A stretch of DNA of 32,000 nucleotides, taken from assembly GCA_002421785.1 (NCBI GenBank), contig DIRZ01000001.1, positions 150,001 through 182,000 on the forward strand, in the 5' to 3' direction. Source of the DNA: Candidatus Saccharimonadota bacterium. Lineage in GTDB: Bacteria > Patescibacteriota > Saccharimonadia > Saccharimonadales > Saccharimonadaceae. Shown here in pieces: positions 8,392-16,318 of this stretch; within the stretch, counting starts at the first letter, position 1, and each line of letters starts with the position of its first letter. Both the position numbers and the translations under genes were made by a program. The notes under the pieces were generated by a model. It did no database searches. It was not told the origin of the DNA and saw only the letters and a program-made list of their open reading frames with translations.

Positions 8392-9633
8392 TTAGTTCAG
8401 TTTACCAAGTAACTCTTCGTGTGTCAAGAGCTCGCTTTCACCCCTGTCCCGAGCCGAAAATTCATACTTATTTTCCGATAGATTTCGATCACTCACCGTG
8501 ACGCGGAATGGGATTCCCATCAACTCTGCATCAGCGAATTTTGCACCCGGGCGTTCATCGCGATCATCATAAATGACCTCAATTCCCTTGCCCATCAGCT
8601 CATCGTATAGCTCGTCTGCCTTAGCCCGTGAGTTATCGCTGCCAATTTGCACCAAATACACTTTGGCTGGCGCTAAGTTCACTGGCCACACCAGTCCCTT
8701 GTCGTCTGCGAATTTCTCAACAACCACGCCCATGACACGTGTAATACCAATTCCGTACGATCCCAAATAGACCGGGCGCGGTTTCCCCTCGGCATCGGCA
8801 AAAGTAACGCCCATTTGCTCGCCTTTTTCCGTGCCAAAGTTAAAGATATTACCCACTTCTGCTGTTTTTACGGGCTCAAGTTCCTCGCGCGAGATTCCCA
8901 GTTCTGCAATCGCATCATCAATGACTTCTTCGTTAATTGCAATATTCTTTTCACGATGCAAATAGATAACATCTTCGCCGGCATCACAGACTGTCTGGAA
9001 TTCATGGCTAAATTTCGTAAATGCCCCACCACTCGCGAATGTTACATATGTATCGTCACCGATACCAAAGCGGTCGTAGCAGCGTTTATAGGCGTCGATA
9101 ACGGCATTATAGAATGCATCCAGGTCTTCAGCTGTCGCGTGTAGCGAGTACATATCTTTCATTACAAATTCACGGCCGCGCATAATGCCACTTTTCGCGC
9201 GTAGCTCATTGCGTAGCTTGGTTTGGAACTGATACACCTTCGCGGGCAAGTCTTTGTAGCTCTTTACATATTGTTGCATCATCTCCATAATCGGTTCTTC
9301 ATGGCTCCACGCCAGCCCCAGCTCCGTCCCATCCTGAAGCTTTGTCTTGAACCATATATCGACAACATCTTCACTCCAGCGCGTCGTCGTTTCCCAAGTT
9401 TCTTTGCGTTGCAGGTTCGTCATAATAAGTTCCTGGCCGCCGACTGCATTCATCTCTTCGCGGACAATTTGCTTAATATTCTCAAGTACCCGAAGTCCCA
9501 GCGGAGTATACGCATAGACACCGGCCATTACTTTGTACACGTAACCAGCGCGTATCAGCAGCTGTGCATTCTTAGACACCTCATCTGCAGGTGCGTCTTT
9601 AAGGGTCTTTGTAAAGTTTTGTGATAATCGCAT
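8392..9633 (-). CDS. proS: proline--tRNA ligase, bacterial-type N-terminus but lacking the INS editing domain
   Basis: 413 aa. MRLSQNFTKTLKDAP...LLIRAGY matches the bacterial ProRS N-terminus, and motif 2/3 regions are present (RGREFVMKDMYS, GSYGIGITR). Only about 35 aa lie where the ~180-aa INS domain sits in E. coli ProRS. Confidence 0.9.
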   Translation of the reverse strand: MRLSQNFTKTLKDAPADEVSKNAQLLIRAGYVYKVMAGVYAYTPLGLRVLENIKQIVREEMNAVGGQELIMTNLQRKETWETTTRWSEDVVDIWFKTKLQDGTELGLAWSHEEPIMEMMQQYVKSYKDLPAKVYQFQTKLRNELRAKSGIMRGREFVMKDMYSLHATAEDLDAFYNAVIDAYKRCYDRFGIGDDTYVTFASGGAFTKFSHEFQTVCDAGEDVIYLHREKNIAINEEVIDDAIAELGISREELEPVKTAEVGNIFNFGTEKGEQMGVTFADAEGKPRPVYLGSYGIGITRVMGVVVEKFADDKGLVWPVNLAPAKVYLVQIGSDNSRAKADELYDELMGKGIEVIYDDRDERPGAKFADAELMGIPFRVTVSDRNLSENKYEFSARDRGESELLTHEELLGKLN

Positions 9634-9642
9634 AATTGCCCT

Positions 9643-10383
9643 TTATTGTACAATTTTTGTGCCCGCTTGACCAGCCAGCGCCGCCTGCAATGCTCGCTCG
9701 GTCGCCGCATGCGCCACGTATACTTCCACGCCCGACGCTACAGCTCTGCGCGCAGCAAGTATTTTGCTTGATGCCCCACCCTTCCCAAGCGATGATTTTG
9801 TGGGCATAATATGCGCCTCAACGTCATGAATTGACACCAGCCCCAGGCGACGCTGCTCAGCAGTGCCAAATGCGGCCTGTATACCATCCTGATCCGTTAA
9901 AAGCACCAAACGTTTAGCACCCAGCACAACCGCAACCTCGGCTGCTAACTGATCATTATCCCCGAATGAGATTTCCTCATGGCTCACCGCGTCGTTCTCA
10001 TTCACAATCGGCACTGCGTCGTATTCCCATAGCTGCATGACACTGGCGCAAAAGCTTTCACGAGTCGACGCTGCAGCCATGTCATGCCGGGTCAGCAATA
10101 CTTGGCCGATAGTTATCCCCTCAAATGCTTCGCGCCACCTGCGAAGCAGACCAACCTGCCCTATCATCGAAAGCGCTTGTAGCTGACTAATATCTTGAGG
10201 CCGCATGCTCAGCCCAAGCTGCACAACACCAAATCCAATCGCCCCCGAAGTCACTAGAACAACACGATAATCATGCATCAATTCACGAATACTTGCTGCA
10301 ATGTAGTCAAAACTTTTACTTGGTGCTTCGTGCGTGCCGAGCAAGGTGCTCGTCCCTACCTTTACTACGAGGATGTCTTTCAT
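9643..10383 (-). CDS. proB: glutamate 5-kinase (amino-acid kinase domain only, no PUA domain)
   Basis: 246 aa. Motifs VVKVGTS, VLVTSGAIGFG, GQVLLTRHDM, VPIVNENDAV...FGDNDQLAA and LLTDQDG match ProB rather than PyrH. Confidence 0.8.
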   Translation of the reverse strand: MKDILVVKVGTSTLLGTHEAPSKSFDYIAASIRELMHDYRVVLVTSGAIGFGVVQLGLSMRPQDISQLQALSMIGQVGLLRRWREAFEGITIGQVLLTRHDMAAASTRESFCASVMQLWEYDAVPIVNENDAVSHEEISFGDNDQLAAEVAVVLGAKRLVLLTDQDGIQAAFGTAEQRRLGLVSIHDVEAHIMPTKSSLGKGGASSKILAARRAVASGVEVYVAHAATERALQAALAGQAGTKIVQ

Positions 10384-10389
10384 AGCGGC

Positions 10390-11121
10390 CTATCCTACTG
10401 TGCCCTGCATGAGCATATATACTGCAATAAATGCGACGGCATTCTTGACCATATGGAGCAGCACTCCAGCCCAGATACTCCCCGTGATGTGACGCAGGTA
10501 GCACGCCACCATACTCATACAGAACACGTCCAGGCCGACATTCAGCTGACCATGCGCAACACCGAATAACACGCTGACCGCAAGCGCGGCAGGCCAAAAC
10601 GGCATGCCCGACTCGCGTAATTTACCGTACATGAACCCACGAAAAATCACCTCTTCAACAAAAGGGATAATGACGACAAGTGCCACAAACGCCACAAATC
10701 GCTCTAGTCCAAACAACGCCGTGGAGCCGAGCTGCTGCGGCTGCGCCACATCAAAAAACGGGAGCATACGCGCGATACTGAGGAGCAATGTCGCAGATGC
10801 CACGTATACAACCGCCCCAGCAACGGTCAGCGCCAAATCTTTCCAAAATGGCAGGCGGTCCAATCCAAGCGTCCTCAGAGTAACTCGCCCCGCTTTCATT
10901 GCATAGGTCGCCGCTATAACAATAACCAATGTGAGTACCGCAGTAATGGCACGCGCCCCCAATAGAACGGCCGACGTAATACGCACTTCGCCCGGGAACG
11001 CAGCGGCCATAAGGTAGAGCCCGCCCATGACTATGTAGGTCGCGACAATATAACCGATAATGATGATGACGGTCCACGTGAGCCACTGGCGAATGTGTCG
11101 GCCGATACTCACCTCTGCCAT
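10390..11121 (-). CDS. CPBP family intramembrane glutamic endopeptidase (CAAX protease/Abi-like)
   Basis: Polytopic membrane protein with EEVIFRG and FGVAHG motifs. The ORF-track start 11130 is TTG. ATG at 11121 (MAEVSIG) lies 1 nt after the rseP stop. Confidence 0.8.
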   Translation of the reverse strand: MAEVSIGRHIRQWLTWTVIIIIGYIVATYIVMGGLYLMAAAFPGEVRITSAVLLGARAITAVLTLVIVIAATYAMKAGRVTLRTLGLDRLPFWKDLALTVAGAVVYVASATLLLSIARMLPFFDVAQPQQLGSTALFGLERFVAFVALVVIIPFVEEVIFRGFMYGKLRESGMPFWPAALAVSVLFGVAHGQLNVGLDVFCMSMVACYLRHITGSIWAGVLLHMVKNAVAFIAVYMLMQGTVG

Positions 11122-11122
11122 C

Positions 11123-12283
11123 TTAGCCAAGCTTTCCGATGTCAGCGATTGTAATGAGAATCACAAGCCCCATAAGCACCATAAATCCGGTGCCGTGTAT
11201 TTTTTCTTCAAGATCCTTGCCGAGCGGCTTTTTGAATAATTTGAACATCGCCGTCACAAACCATCGCCCACCATCGAGCGCGGGTATCGGGAGGATATTC
11301 ATGACCGCAAGTGTCAGCGAAATGATTGCTGCGAGCATAATGACGTGAGTCGGCCCCGCTTTTTCTGCGGCCGGAAATATGATGCCAAATATTCCTACCG
11401 GTCCCGCCACGCTGTCACCGACTGTCGCCAGCTTTGCGTTTGCCACAGCTTGGTCATCTTTATTAGGGCTGAGTTTCATCGCAAGACCGCTCACGCCATT
11501 TGCTACTACGTCGCCAAGGCCCTGTATCGTCACCCAGGACATCTGTGCTGTTGTGGCGATGCCCACAATTGGGGCAGACCAGCTTGCCTTGATAAGCTCA
11601 AGCTGCGATGGGCTCGCTCCTAAATAGCCCTTCTTATCTTGATTATCAGTACGAAGCATGACCTTCGTGCTATGTTCGACATTTTGGCGTGAATAAATTA
11701 TTTCAATTGTCTTACCGCGCTCTGCTTTCGTCAGCTCAGAAAGCGCCTGTGCGTTTTCTAGCGGTGCGCCATTTACACGTAGAAGCTTATCCCCCTGCTG
11801 CAGTCCCGCCTTCGAGGCTGGCAGCCCAGGCGTGACAGACACGAGCTCGACAGGCTGGCTAATAATTTGCGCGTCCGCCGGAACGTAAAACTGGTTTTGC
11901 AGAATATTTGGAATACCAAAGGTGGCAAGTATCGATAGCAGTACCGCCGCCGTCAGCCAGTTCATCACTACCCCAGCAAGGAGAATCTGTGTCTTTTGCC
12001 AAAACGTCGCTGCACCATAGTCGCCCTTTTTATCCGCTGCGTCGTGTTCGCCCTGCAGCTTAACGAACCCACCAAGCGGTAGCCAGTTTATGCTATATTC
12101 GACATTTTTACCCAATATGCTACGAGGAATTTTCTTACTCCAGGCCTTAGGGGGAAACCCAATACCGAATTCCTCAACAATCACGCCGTGCTTTTTCGCG
12201 ACAAGACCGTGCCCTAATTCATGAATCACTACGAGGATCGTTAATACAATAATCCCAATAATCACACCAGCAATAATATCCAT
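11123..12283 (-). CDS. rseP: RIP metalloprotease RseP (site-2 protease, M50) with one PDZ domain
   Basis: 386 aa. Has HELGH in the first TM helix, a PDZ segment (GLPASKAGLQQGDKLLRVNG) and the C-terminal NILPIPALDGG motif. Confidence 0.9.
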   Translation of the reverse strand: MDIIAGVIIGIIVLTILVVIHELGHGLVAKKHGVIVEEFGIGFPPKAWSKKIPRSILGKNVEYSINWLPLGGFVKLQGEHDAADKKGDYGAATFWQKTQILLAGVVMNWLTAAVLLSILATFGIPNILQNQFYVPADAQIISQPVELVSVTPGLPASKAGLQQGDKLLRVNGAPLENAQALSELTKAERGKTIEIIYSRQNVEHSTKVMLRTDNQDKKGYLGASPSQLELIKASWSAPIVGIATTAQMSWVTIQGLGDVVANGVSGLAMKLSPNKDDQAVANAKLATVGDSVAGPVGIFGIIFPAAEKAGPTHVIMLAAIISLTLAVMNILPIPALDGGRWFVTAMFKLFKKPLGKDLEEKIHGTGFMVLMGLVILITIADIGKLG

Positions 12284-12970
12284 CTATCCTCCAAATCGGC
12301 GCTTACGGCGCACATATTGCTCCAGTATAGCGGTTATGTCGTCGTTTGTCATGCTCGGCCACGGCTTATCAACGAACAACAGCTCGCTATATGCGCTCCG
12401 CCATAGCATAAAATTGCTCAAGCGCTGTTCGCCACTGGTTCGAACGATTAAGTCGCAAGCTGGCACATCTGGCGCGTACACATACTCACCAACCAGCTCG
12501 GGCGTAACCTCATTCGCCGCGACCCCCGCTTCAATCATCTTTTTTACTGCATCTGAAATTTCAAGCTGACCGCCATAGTTCAAGCATATCAGTGCCTGTC
12601 CGCCCGTCAAATGAGCCGTCTTGCTCTCCGCCTCATCAATCGCCCTCAGAACAACTCTGCTCAATTTATCGCGACTACCCAGTACTCGAATCCGGATATT
12701 CTTTTCCATAAACAGGTGTAAATCTTCCCGCAAAACACGTACGAGTAGTGCCATAAGCCACTGTACTTCAGCTTTTGAGCGCTTCCAGTTTTCGGTACTG
12801 AACACGTATGCACTCACATAGGGCACCCCCCTTTCGAGCGTTTCAATCAACACCGTCTTGAGAGCTTCATACCCGGCAGTGTGACCTGCTTTTGCAGGAA
12901 GCCCTTGTGCTTGCGCCCAACGACGATTTCCGTCGATGATATACCCAATATGGGTCGGCAGGTCACTCAT
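12284..12970 (-). CDS. uppS: di-trans,poly-cis-undecaprenyl-diphosphate synthase
   Basis: 228 aa. Contains HIGYIIDGNRRWA, FSTENWKR and RTSGEQRLSNFMLWRSAYSE motifs. Its stop abuts the rseP start. Confidence 0.95.
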   Translation of the reverse strand: MSDLPTHIGYIIDGNRRWAQAQGLPAKAGHTAGYEALKTVLIETLERGVPYVSAYVFSTENWKRSKAEVQWLMALLVRVLREDLHLFMEKNIRIRVLGSRDKLSRVVLRAIDEAESKTAHLTGGQALICLNYGGQLEISDAVKKMIEAGVAANEVTPELVGEYVYAPDVPACDLIVRTSGEQRLSNFMLWRSAYSELLFVDKPWPSMTNDDITAILEQYVRRKRRFGG

Positions 12971-13524
12971 TATATCGTCAAGATTTCTTTCTCTTTTGCT
13001 TTGGATGCTTCTTCGATCTTGCCTTGGTATACACTCATGAGTCGATCAAACTCTTTTTCCACTAGCTTCAGATCGTCTTCGGACAGTTCTTTGTTTTCCT
13101 TCTTGTGTTTGGCGTCTTTCAGGCCATCCTGACGAACAGTGCGCAGCGCAATGCGGGCTTCTTCTGATTTTTCATTCGCCTGTTTTACCAGACCGCGTCG
13201 GCGCTCTTCAGTGAGCGCGGGTACGGGTACGCGGATGATGCGACCATCGTCACTCGGGTTAAGGCCCAGGCCTTGATCATTTCGGATTGCAGCCGAGATT
13301 TTTTGAATCGTGCTCGGATCGAAAGGAGTAATCTGCAGCAACTGCGCTTCAGGTGCTGTCACATTCGCCACTTGATTAAGGGGCATTTCAGTACCATATG
13401 CTTCCACGCGAACGCCATCGAGCATTCCAGGGTGCGCGCGACCAGTTCGTATCTTCCGTAGCTCTTCGTCATAGTGCTCCAGTACGCCCGTCATTTTTAG
13501 TTCATATGGATCTGTGTCAAACAT
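12970..13524 (-). CDS. frr: ribosome recycling factor
   Basis: 184 aa with full-length RRF similarity (LRKIRTGRAHPGMLD..., LTEERRRGLVKQ). Its stop overlaps the uppS start by 1 nt. Confidence 0.95.
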   Translation of the reverse strand: MFDTDPYELKMTGVLEHYDEELRKIRTGRAHPGMLDGVRVEAYGTEMPLNQVANVTAPEAQLLQITPFDPSTIQKISAAIRNDQGLGLNPSDDGRIIRVPVPALTEERRRGLVKQANEKSEEARIALRTVRQDGLKDAKHKKENKELSEDDLKLVEKEFDRLMSVYQGKIEEASKAKEKEILTI

Positions 13525-13550
13525 GTCATTATCTCCCTTGGTTAATTCCC

Positions 13551-13559
13551 ATTATAGCA
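13551..13559 (-). promoter_or_regulatory. candidate extended -10 promoter element upstream of frr
   Basis: Minus strand reads TGCTATAAT (TGn + perfect TATAAT). It is followed by a ~26-nt leader containing an AAGGGAGA SD before the frr ATG. No good -35. Confidence 0.4.
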
Positions 13560-13571
13560 TTCACTCACCCG

Positions 13572-14018
13572 TTACGCCCACCATACACCACGCTCCACGC
13601 GCGCCGCCGTAGCATGCGCAACAAGCATTTTTTCGATCATACCAATCATAATCGTGGCTTCATCGTATTTTGGGTCACTCGTATCCAGCTGGCTTCTCTG
13701 CTGCACAAGCTCCTCGAGCACCCGCGCCAGCTTTTCAACAGCATCCGCTGCATCCTCGCTGAGTGCCGTCATCATACTATTAACTGCCGTGACTGCCCAG
13801 GGGTTGGCTTCACTATGGCCAAGCAAAATTGAACGCGCTTTATCGGCCTGCGCCTTATCGATATCAGTCAGCATATCAAGAGTTAGCTCACCTGACTGGG
13901 TCAAGTCGTAGAGCTCGTTGTTGCGTTGACGTAAATCGTATTCATGACCACTCGCGTAGTTCATGCCCTGATTGAGCTTGCGTAGCATCCCTTCGACGAT
14001 TTCAGAATTCTCGCTCAT
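13572..14018 (-). CDS. hypothetical acidic helical protein occupying the pyrH position of the conserved cluster
   Basis: 148-aa ORF with an ATG start. No recognisable motifs. It sits between tsf and frr, where UMP kinase is normally encoded. Confidence 0.65.
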   Translation of the reverse strand: MSENSEIVEGMLRKLNQGMNYASGHEYDLRQRNNELYDLTQSGELTLDMLTDIDKAQADKARSILLGHSEANPWAVTAVNSMMTALSEDAADAVEKLARVLEELVQQRSQLDTSDPKYDEATIMIGMIEKMLVAHATAARVERGVWWA

Positions 14019-14024
14019 ACCCCC

Positions 14025-14030
14025 AGTATA
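14025..14030 (-). promoter_or_regulatory. candidate -10 box (TATACT) 6 nt upstream of the ATG of the 148-aa ORF (leaderless configuration)
   Basis: Minus strand reads TATACT-GGGGGT-ATG, immediately after the tsf terminator. Confidence 0.4.
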
Positions 14031-14042
14031 CGCCGAGACTCA

Positions 14043-14073
14043 TAAAAATACCGCACAGCTGCCTGCGCGGTAT
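14043..14073 (-). terminator. rho-independent terminator downstream of tsf
   Basis: Minus strand reads ATACCGCGCAG-GCAG-CTGTGCGGTAT (11-bp stem with one mismatch) followed by TTTTTAT. Confidence 0.7.
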
Positions 14074-14097
14074 TTCGTATCGGCCAAAACCCGTTAA

Positions 14098-14694
14098 TTA
14101 TTCAGTAACACCAAGCTCAATTCGCTTAAACTGGCTCACGCGAACGTTTTCGCCACTTTTTGCAATTTGCTCTTTAATTCGTGCACCGACAGTCATCGTG
14201 TCATCGAGTACAAAAGCCTGCTCAGTAAGCACTTGCTCTGCAAAATACTTCTTTAGCTGACCTTCAACGATTTGCTCACGCATATTCTCGGGTTTCTTTT
14301 GCAAGTCATCACTTGCGAGCAGTTCCTGCTTTTTCGCCGCGTACACATCAGCTGGAATATCTTCCATCGTCGAGTACTTTGGGCTCATCGCAGCGATTTG
14401 CATCGCAATCTGGTGGGCAAATTCCTTAAATTCAGGAAGACGCGCCACAAAGTCAGTCTCACAGTTTACTTCCACAACGACACCAATGCGGTTCGAGTGC
14501 ACATAGCTTTCAATCAGGCCTTCGCGAGTTTCGCGGTCGCCTTTTTTCTCAGCCTTTGTTAAGCCTTTTTTACGCATTTCTTCAAGTGCTTTGTCAAAGT
14601 TGCCATCAGCAGCCACAAGAGCCTGTTTAGCGTCGGTCAAACCAACACCTGTCAGCTCTTTTAGCTTTTTAATGTCTTCGATTGTTACGCCCAT
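14098..14694 (-). CDS. tsf: translation elongation factor Ts (short form)
   Basis: True start is ATG 14694 (MGVTIEDIKKLKELTGVGLTDAKQAL..., a UBA-like N-terminus), 1 nt after the rpsB stop. The longer ORF-track version overlaps rpsB and has no homology support. 199 aa. Confidence 0.9.
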   Translation of the reverse strand: MGVTIEDIKKLKELTGVGLTDAKQALVAADGNFDKALEEMRKKGLTKAEKKGDRETREGLIESYVHSNRIGVVVEVNCETDFVARLPEFKEFAHQIAMQIAAMSPKYSTMEDIPADVYAAKKQELLASDDLQKKPENMREQIVEGQLKKYFAEQVLTEQAFVLDDTMTVGARIKEQIAKSGENVRVSQFKRIELGVTE

Positions 14695-14695
14695 C

Positions 14696-15403
14696 CTAGT
14701 TCTCCTCTTTCTTTGCTGAACCAGCACCTTCCTGAATCGCAGCGACAAAGTAGTCGAGGAACAGTTGGAGCCCCTTGATTGCATCATCATTACCAGGAAT
14801 GACATAGTCAATCGCGTCAGGATTCGCGTTTGTATCTACCACACCAACAACAGGTACACCAAGTGTCTTTGCTTCACGAATAGCGTTTGCATCGACAAGT
14901 GTATCAAGCACAATTACTGCGCCAGGATGACCGTTTAGGTCTTTGATACCGCTATACTTTAGGTTTAGGCTATCAATTTCTTCCTGGAATCGCTGTACTT
15001 CAAGCTTGTTGTAGCGCTTTTCAAGGTCGCCACTTGCCATGCGTCGCTCAAGGTCTTTGAGTTTCTTGATCTGCGCGCCTGTCGTCGTAACGTTTGTCAG
15101 CATGCCGCCAACCCATCGTTCAACAACATATGCCTGGCCAGCTTGCTCTGCAGCAGCCTTGACGGCTTCTTTTGCTTGCTTCTTGGTGCCAACGAATAGA
15201 ATCGTTTTGCCACTAGCAGCAACTTTTGTCAGGAAAGGCAGTGCCTTGTCGAGACCTTCAACGGTTTTTGTCAGGTCAATAATGTGACTGTCCTGACGTT
15301 TGCTGTGAATATATGGCGCCATCTTTGGGTGCCAACGGCTCGTTTTGTGTCCGAAATGAACACCAGCTTCGAGCAAAGCCTTGATATCAACCTCTACGGC
15401 CAT
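14696..15403 (-). CDS. rpsB: 30S ribosomal protein S2
   Basis: 235 aa. MAVEVDIKALLEAGVHFGHKTSRWHPKM matches the canonical S2 N-terminus. GGGAGAAGGA SD upstream. Confidence 0.95.
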   Translation of the reverse strand: MAVEVDIKALLEAGVHFGHKTSRWHPKMAPYIHSKRQDSHIIDLTKTVEGLDKALPFLTKVAASGKTILFVGTKKQAKEAVKAAAEQAGQAYVVERWVGGMLTNVTTTGAQIKKLKDLERRMASGDLEKRYNKLEVQRFQEEIDSLNLKYSGIKDLNGHPGAVIVLDTLVDANAIREAKTLGVPVVGVVDTNANPDAIDYVIPGNDDAIKGLQLFLDYFVAAIQEGAGSAKKEEN

Positions 15404-15420
15404 GATATCCTTCTCCCTTC

Positions 15421-15454
15421 ACGTGCACACCTATAACAGGATATCCGTGCACGT
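15421..15454 (-). promoter_or_regulatory. stem-loop in the rpsB 5' region (possible autoregulatory leader element)
   Basis: ACGTGCAC (15421-15428) and GTGCACGT (15447-15454) form an 8-bp perfect inverted repeat around an 18-nt loop. The loop contains GGATATCC, and GGATATC recurs overlapping the rpsB SD/start. Confidence 0.35.
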
Positions 15455-15502
15455 TGTTTCGTTAAATTTATTACTCGACTATCGTAGCAGATACTCCTGC
15501 CT

Positions 15503-15530
15503 TTGACAAGAGGTCGACCATCTGCTATGA
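15503..15530 (+). promoter_or_regulatory. sigma70-type promoter of rpmE2
   Basis: TTGACA (15503-15508), 16-nt spacer, TATGAT (15525-15530). The ATG lies 10 nt after the -10 with no SD, implying a 2-4 nt leader. Confidence 0.6.
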
Positions 15531-15540
15531 TGGTACGGTT

Positions 15541-15861
15541 ATGAAAAGCAGTATTCACCCACAAGACTATCGCCCGGTCGTATTTAGCGACGAAGTAGCG
15601 GGCTTCGCGTTCTTGACTCAGTCAACAGCGCAAACGAGTGAAACGATTAAATGGGAAGACGGCAACGAATACCCACTAGTCAAAGTTCACATCTCAAGCA
15701 AATCTCACCCATTCTTTACGGGTGAAGAGAAGATCATCGACACCGAAGGTCGTGTTGATCGCTTCAAGGCTCGCGCCGCAGCAGCCGAAGCTCGCAAAAA
15801 TGAGCTTGCCGCTAAAGCAAAAAAAGCAAACGCCAAAAAAGCAGCGAAAGCCGACAAATAG
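15541..15861 (+). CDS. rpmE2: 50S ribosomal protein L31, type B (zinc-independent), with Lys/Ala-rich C-terminal tail
   Basis: [15 protein letters not shown]...[10 protein letters not shown]. Both CxxC positions of type A L31 are replaced ([10 protein letters not shown] vs CSKCHPFFTG). The tail reads [31 protein letters not shown]. Confidence 0.9.
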   Translation: MKSSIHPQDYRPVVFSDEVAGFAFLTQSTAQTSETIKWEDGNEYPLVKVHISSKSHPFFTGEEKIIDTEGRVDRFKARAAAAEARKNELAAKAKKANAKKAAKADK

Positions 15862-15870
15862 TCGTCTCTG

Positions 15871-15908
15871 TATCAAAAGACCGTCCTTCACCGGACGGTC
15901 TTTTGATA
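15871..15908 (+). terminator. rho-independent terminator downstream of rpmE2
   Basis: 16-bp perfect stem TATCAAAAGACCGTCC/GGACGGTCTTTTGATA with a 6-nt loop. The T-run is embedded in the 3' arm. Confidence 0.8.
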
Positions 15909-15933
15909 CAATAGAAAAAACGTAAGGAATTTT

Positions 15934-16266
15934 ATGCAACCATCTCAACAACCATATACGCCCCTTCCACCCGAACAATCAAGCTATACGCCCGAGCAGC
16001 AATCTGCAATTCGTCGATCAAATAAATTAAAGCTCACGTGGGGGCTCATCTGTTTAATCGCCCCAACAGCGCTTCTTATTCTCAGCGTGCTCATCTATGC
16101 GATTTTTAGTTTTGTATTCTCTTCGTTTGATTCGGCATCCGGCGCGTCCTCGCCCAACGCCATTGTTAATATTTTACTCTTCCTCGTGGGCGGGCTTGCC
16201 GTACTCACCTGGCTTCCTGGTATCATTGTGGGAATTATTCTTCTTGCGACGCGAAAAAGTGTTTAA
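15934..16266 (+). CDS. hypothetical small membrane protein (Pro/Gln-rich N-terminus, two predicted TM helices)
   Basis: 110 aa with an AAGGA SD 5 nt upstream. Two long hydrophobic segments (LTWGLICLIAPTALLILSVLIYAIFSFVF and ILLFLVGGLAVLTWLPGIIVGIILLA). Confidence 0.65.
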   Translation: MQPSQQPYTPLPPEQSSYTPEQQSAIRRSNKLKLTWGLICLIAPTALLILSVLIYAIFSFVFSSFDSASGASSPNAIVNILLFLVGGLAVLTWLPGIIVGIILLATRKSV

Positions 16267-16302
16267 CCGACATACTACCCCTGTAAATTCCCGCGTACTT
16301 CT

Positions 16303-16310
16303 GGTATAAT
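16303..16310 (+). promoter_or_regulatory. candidate extended -10 promoter (TGGTATAAT) 8 nt upstream of the prfA ATG (leaderless configuration)
   Basis: TG at 16302-16303, perfect TATAAT at 16305-16310, ATG at 16319. No usable SD in between. Confidence 0.5.
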
Positions 16311-16318
16311 GCAGGTAT

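Noticed and set aside
14695-14811. N-terminal extension of the tsf ORF (237-aa version) overlapping rpsB
   Set aside because: The extension (MTMSFLVMMMQSRGSNCS...) has no EF-Ts homology and lies inside rpsB. ATG 14694 gives the canonical EF-Ts N-terminus 1 nt after the rpsB stop.
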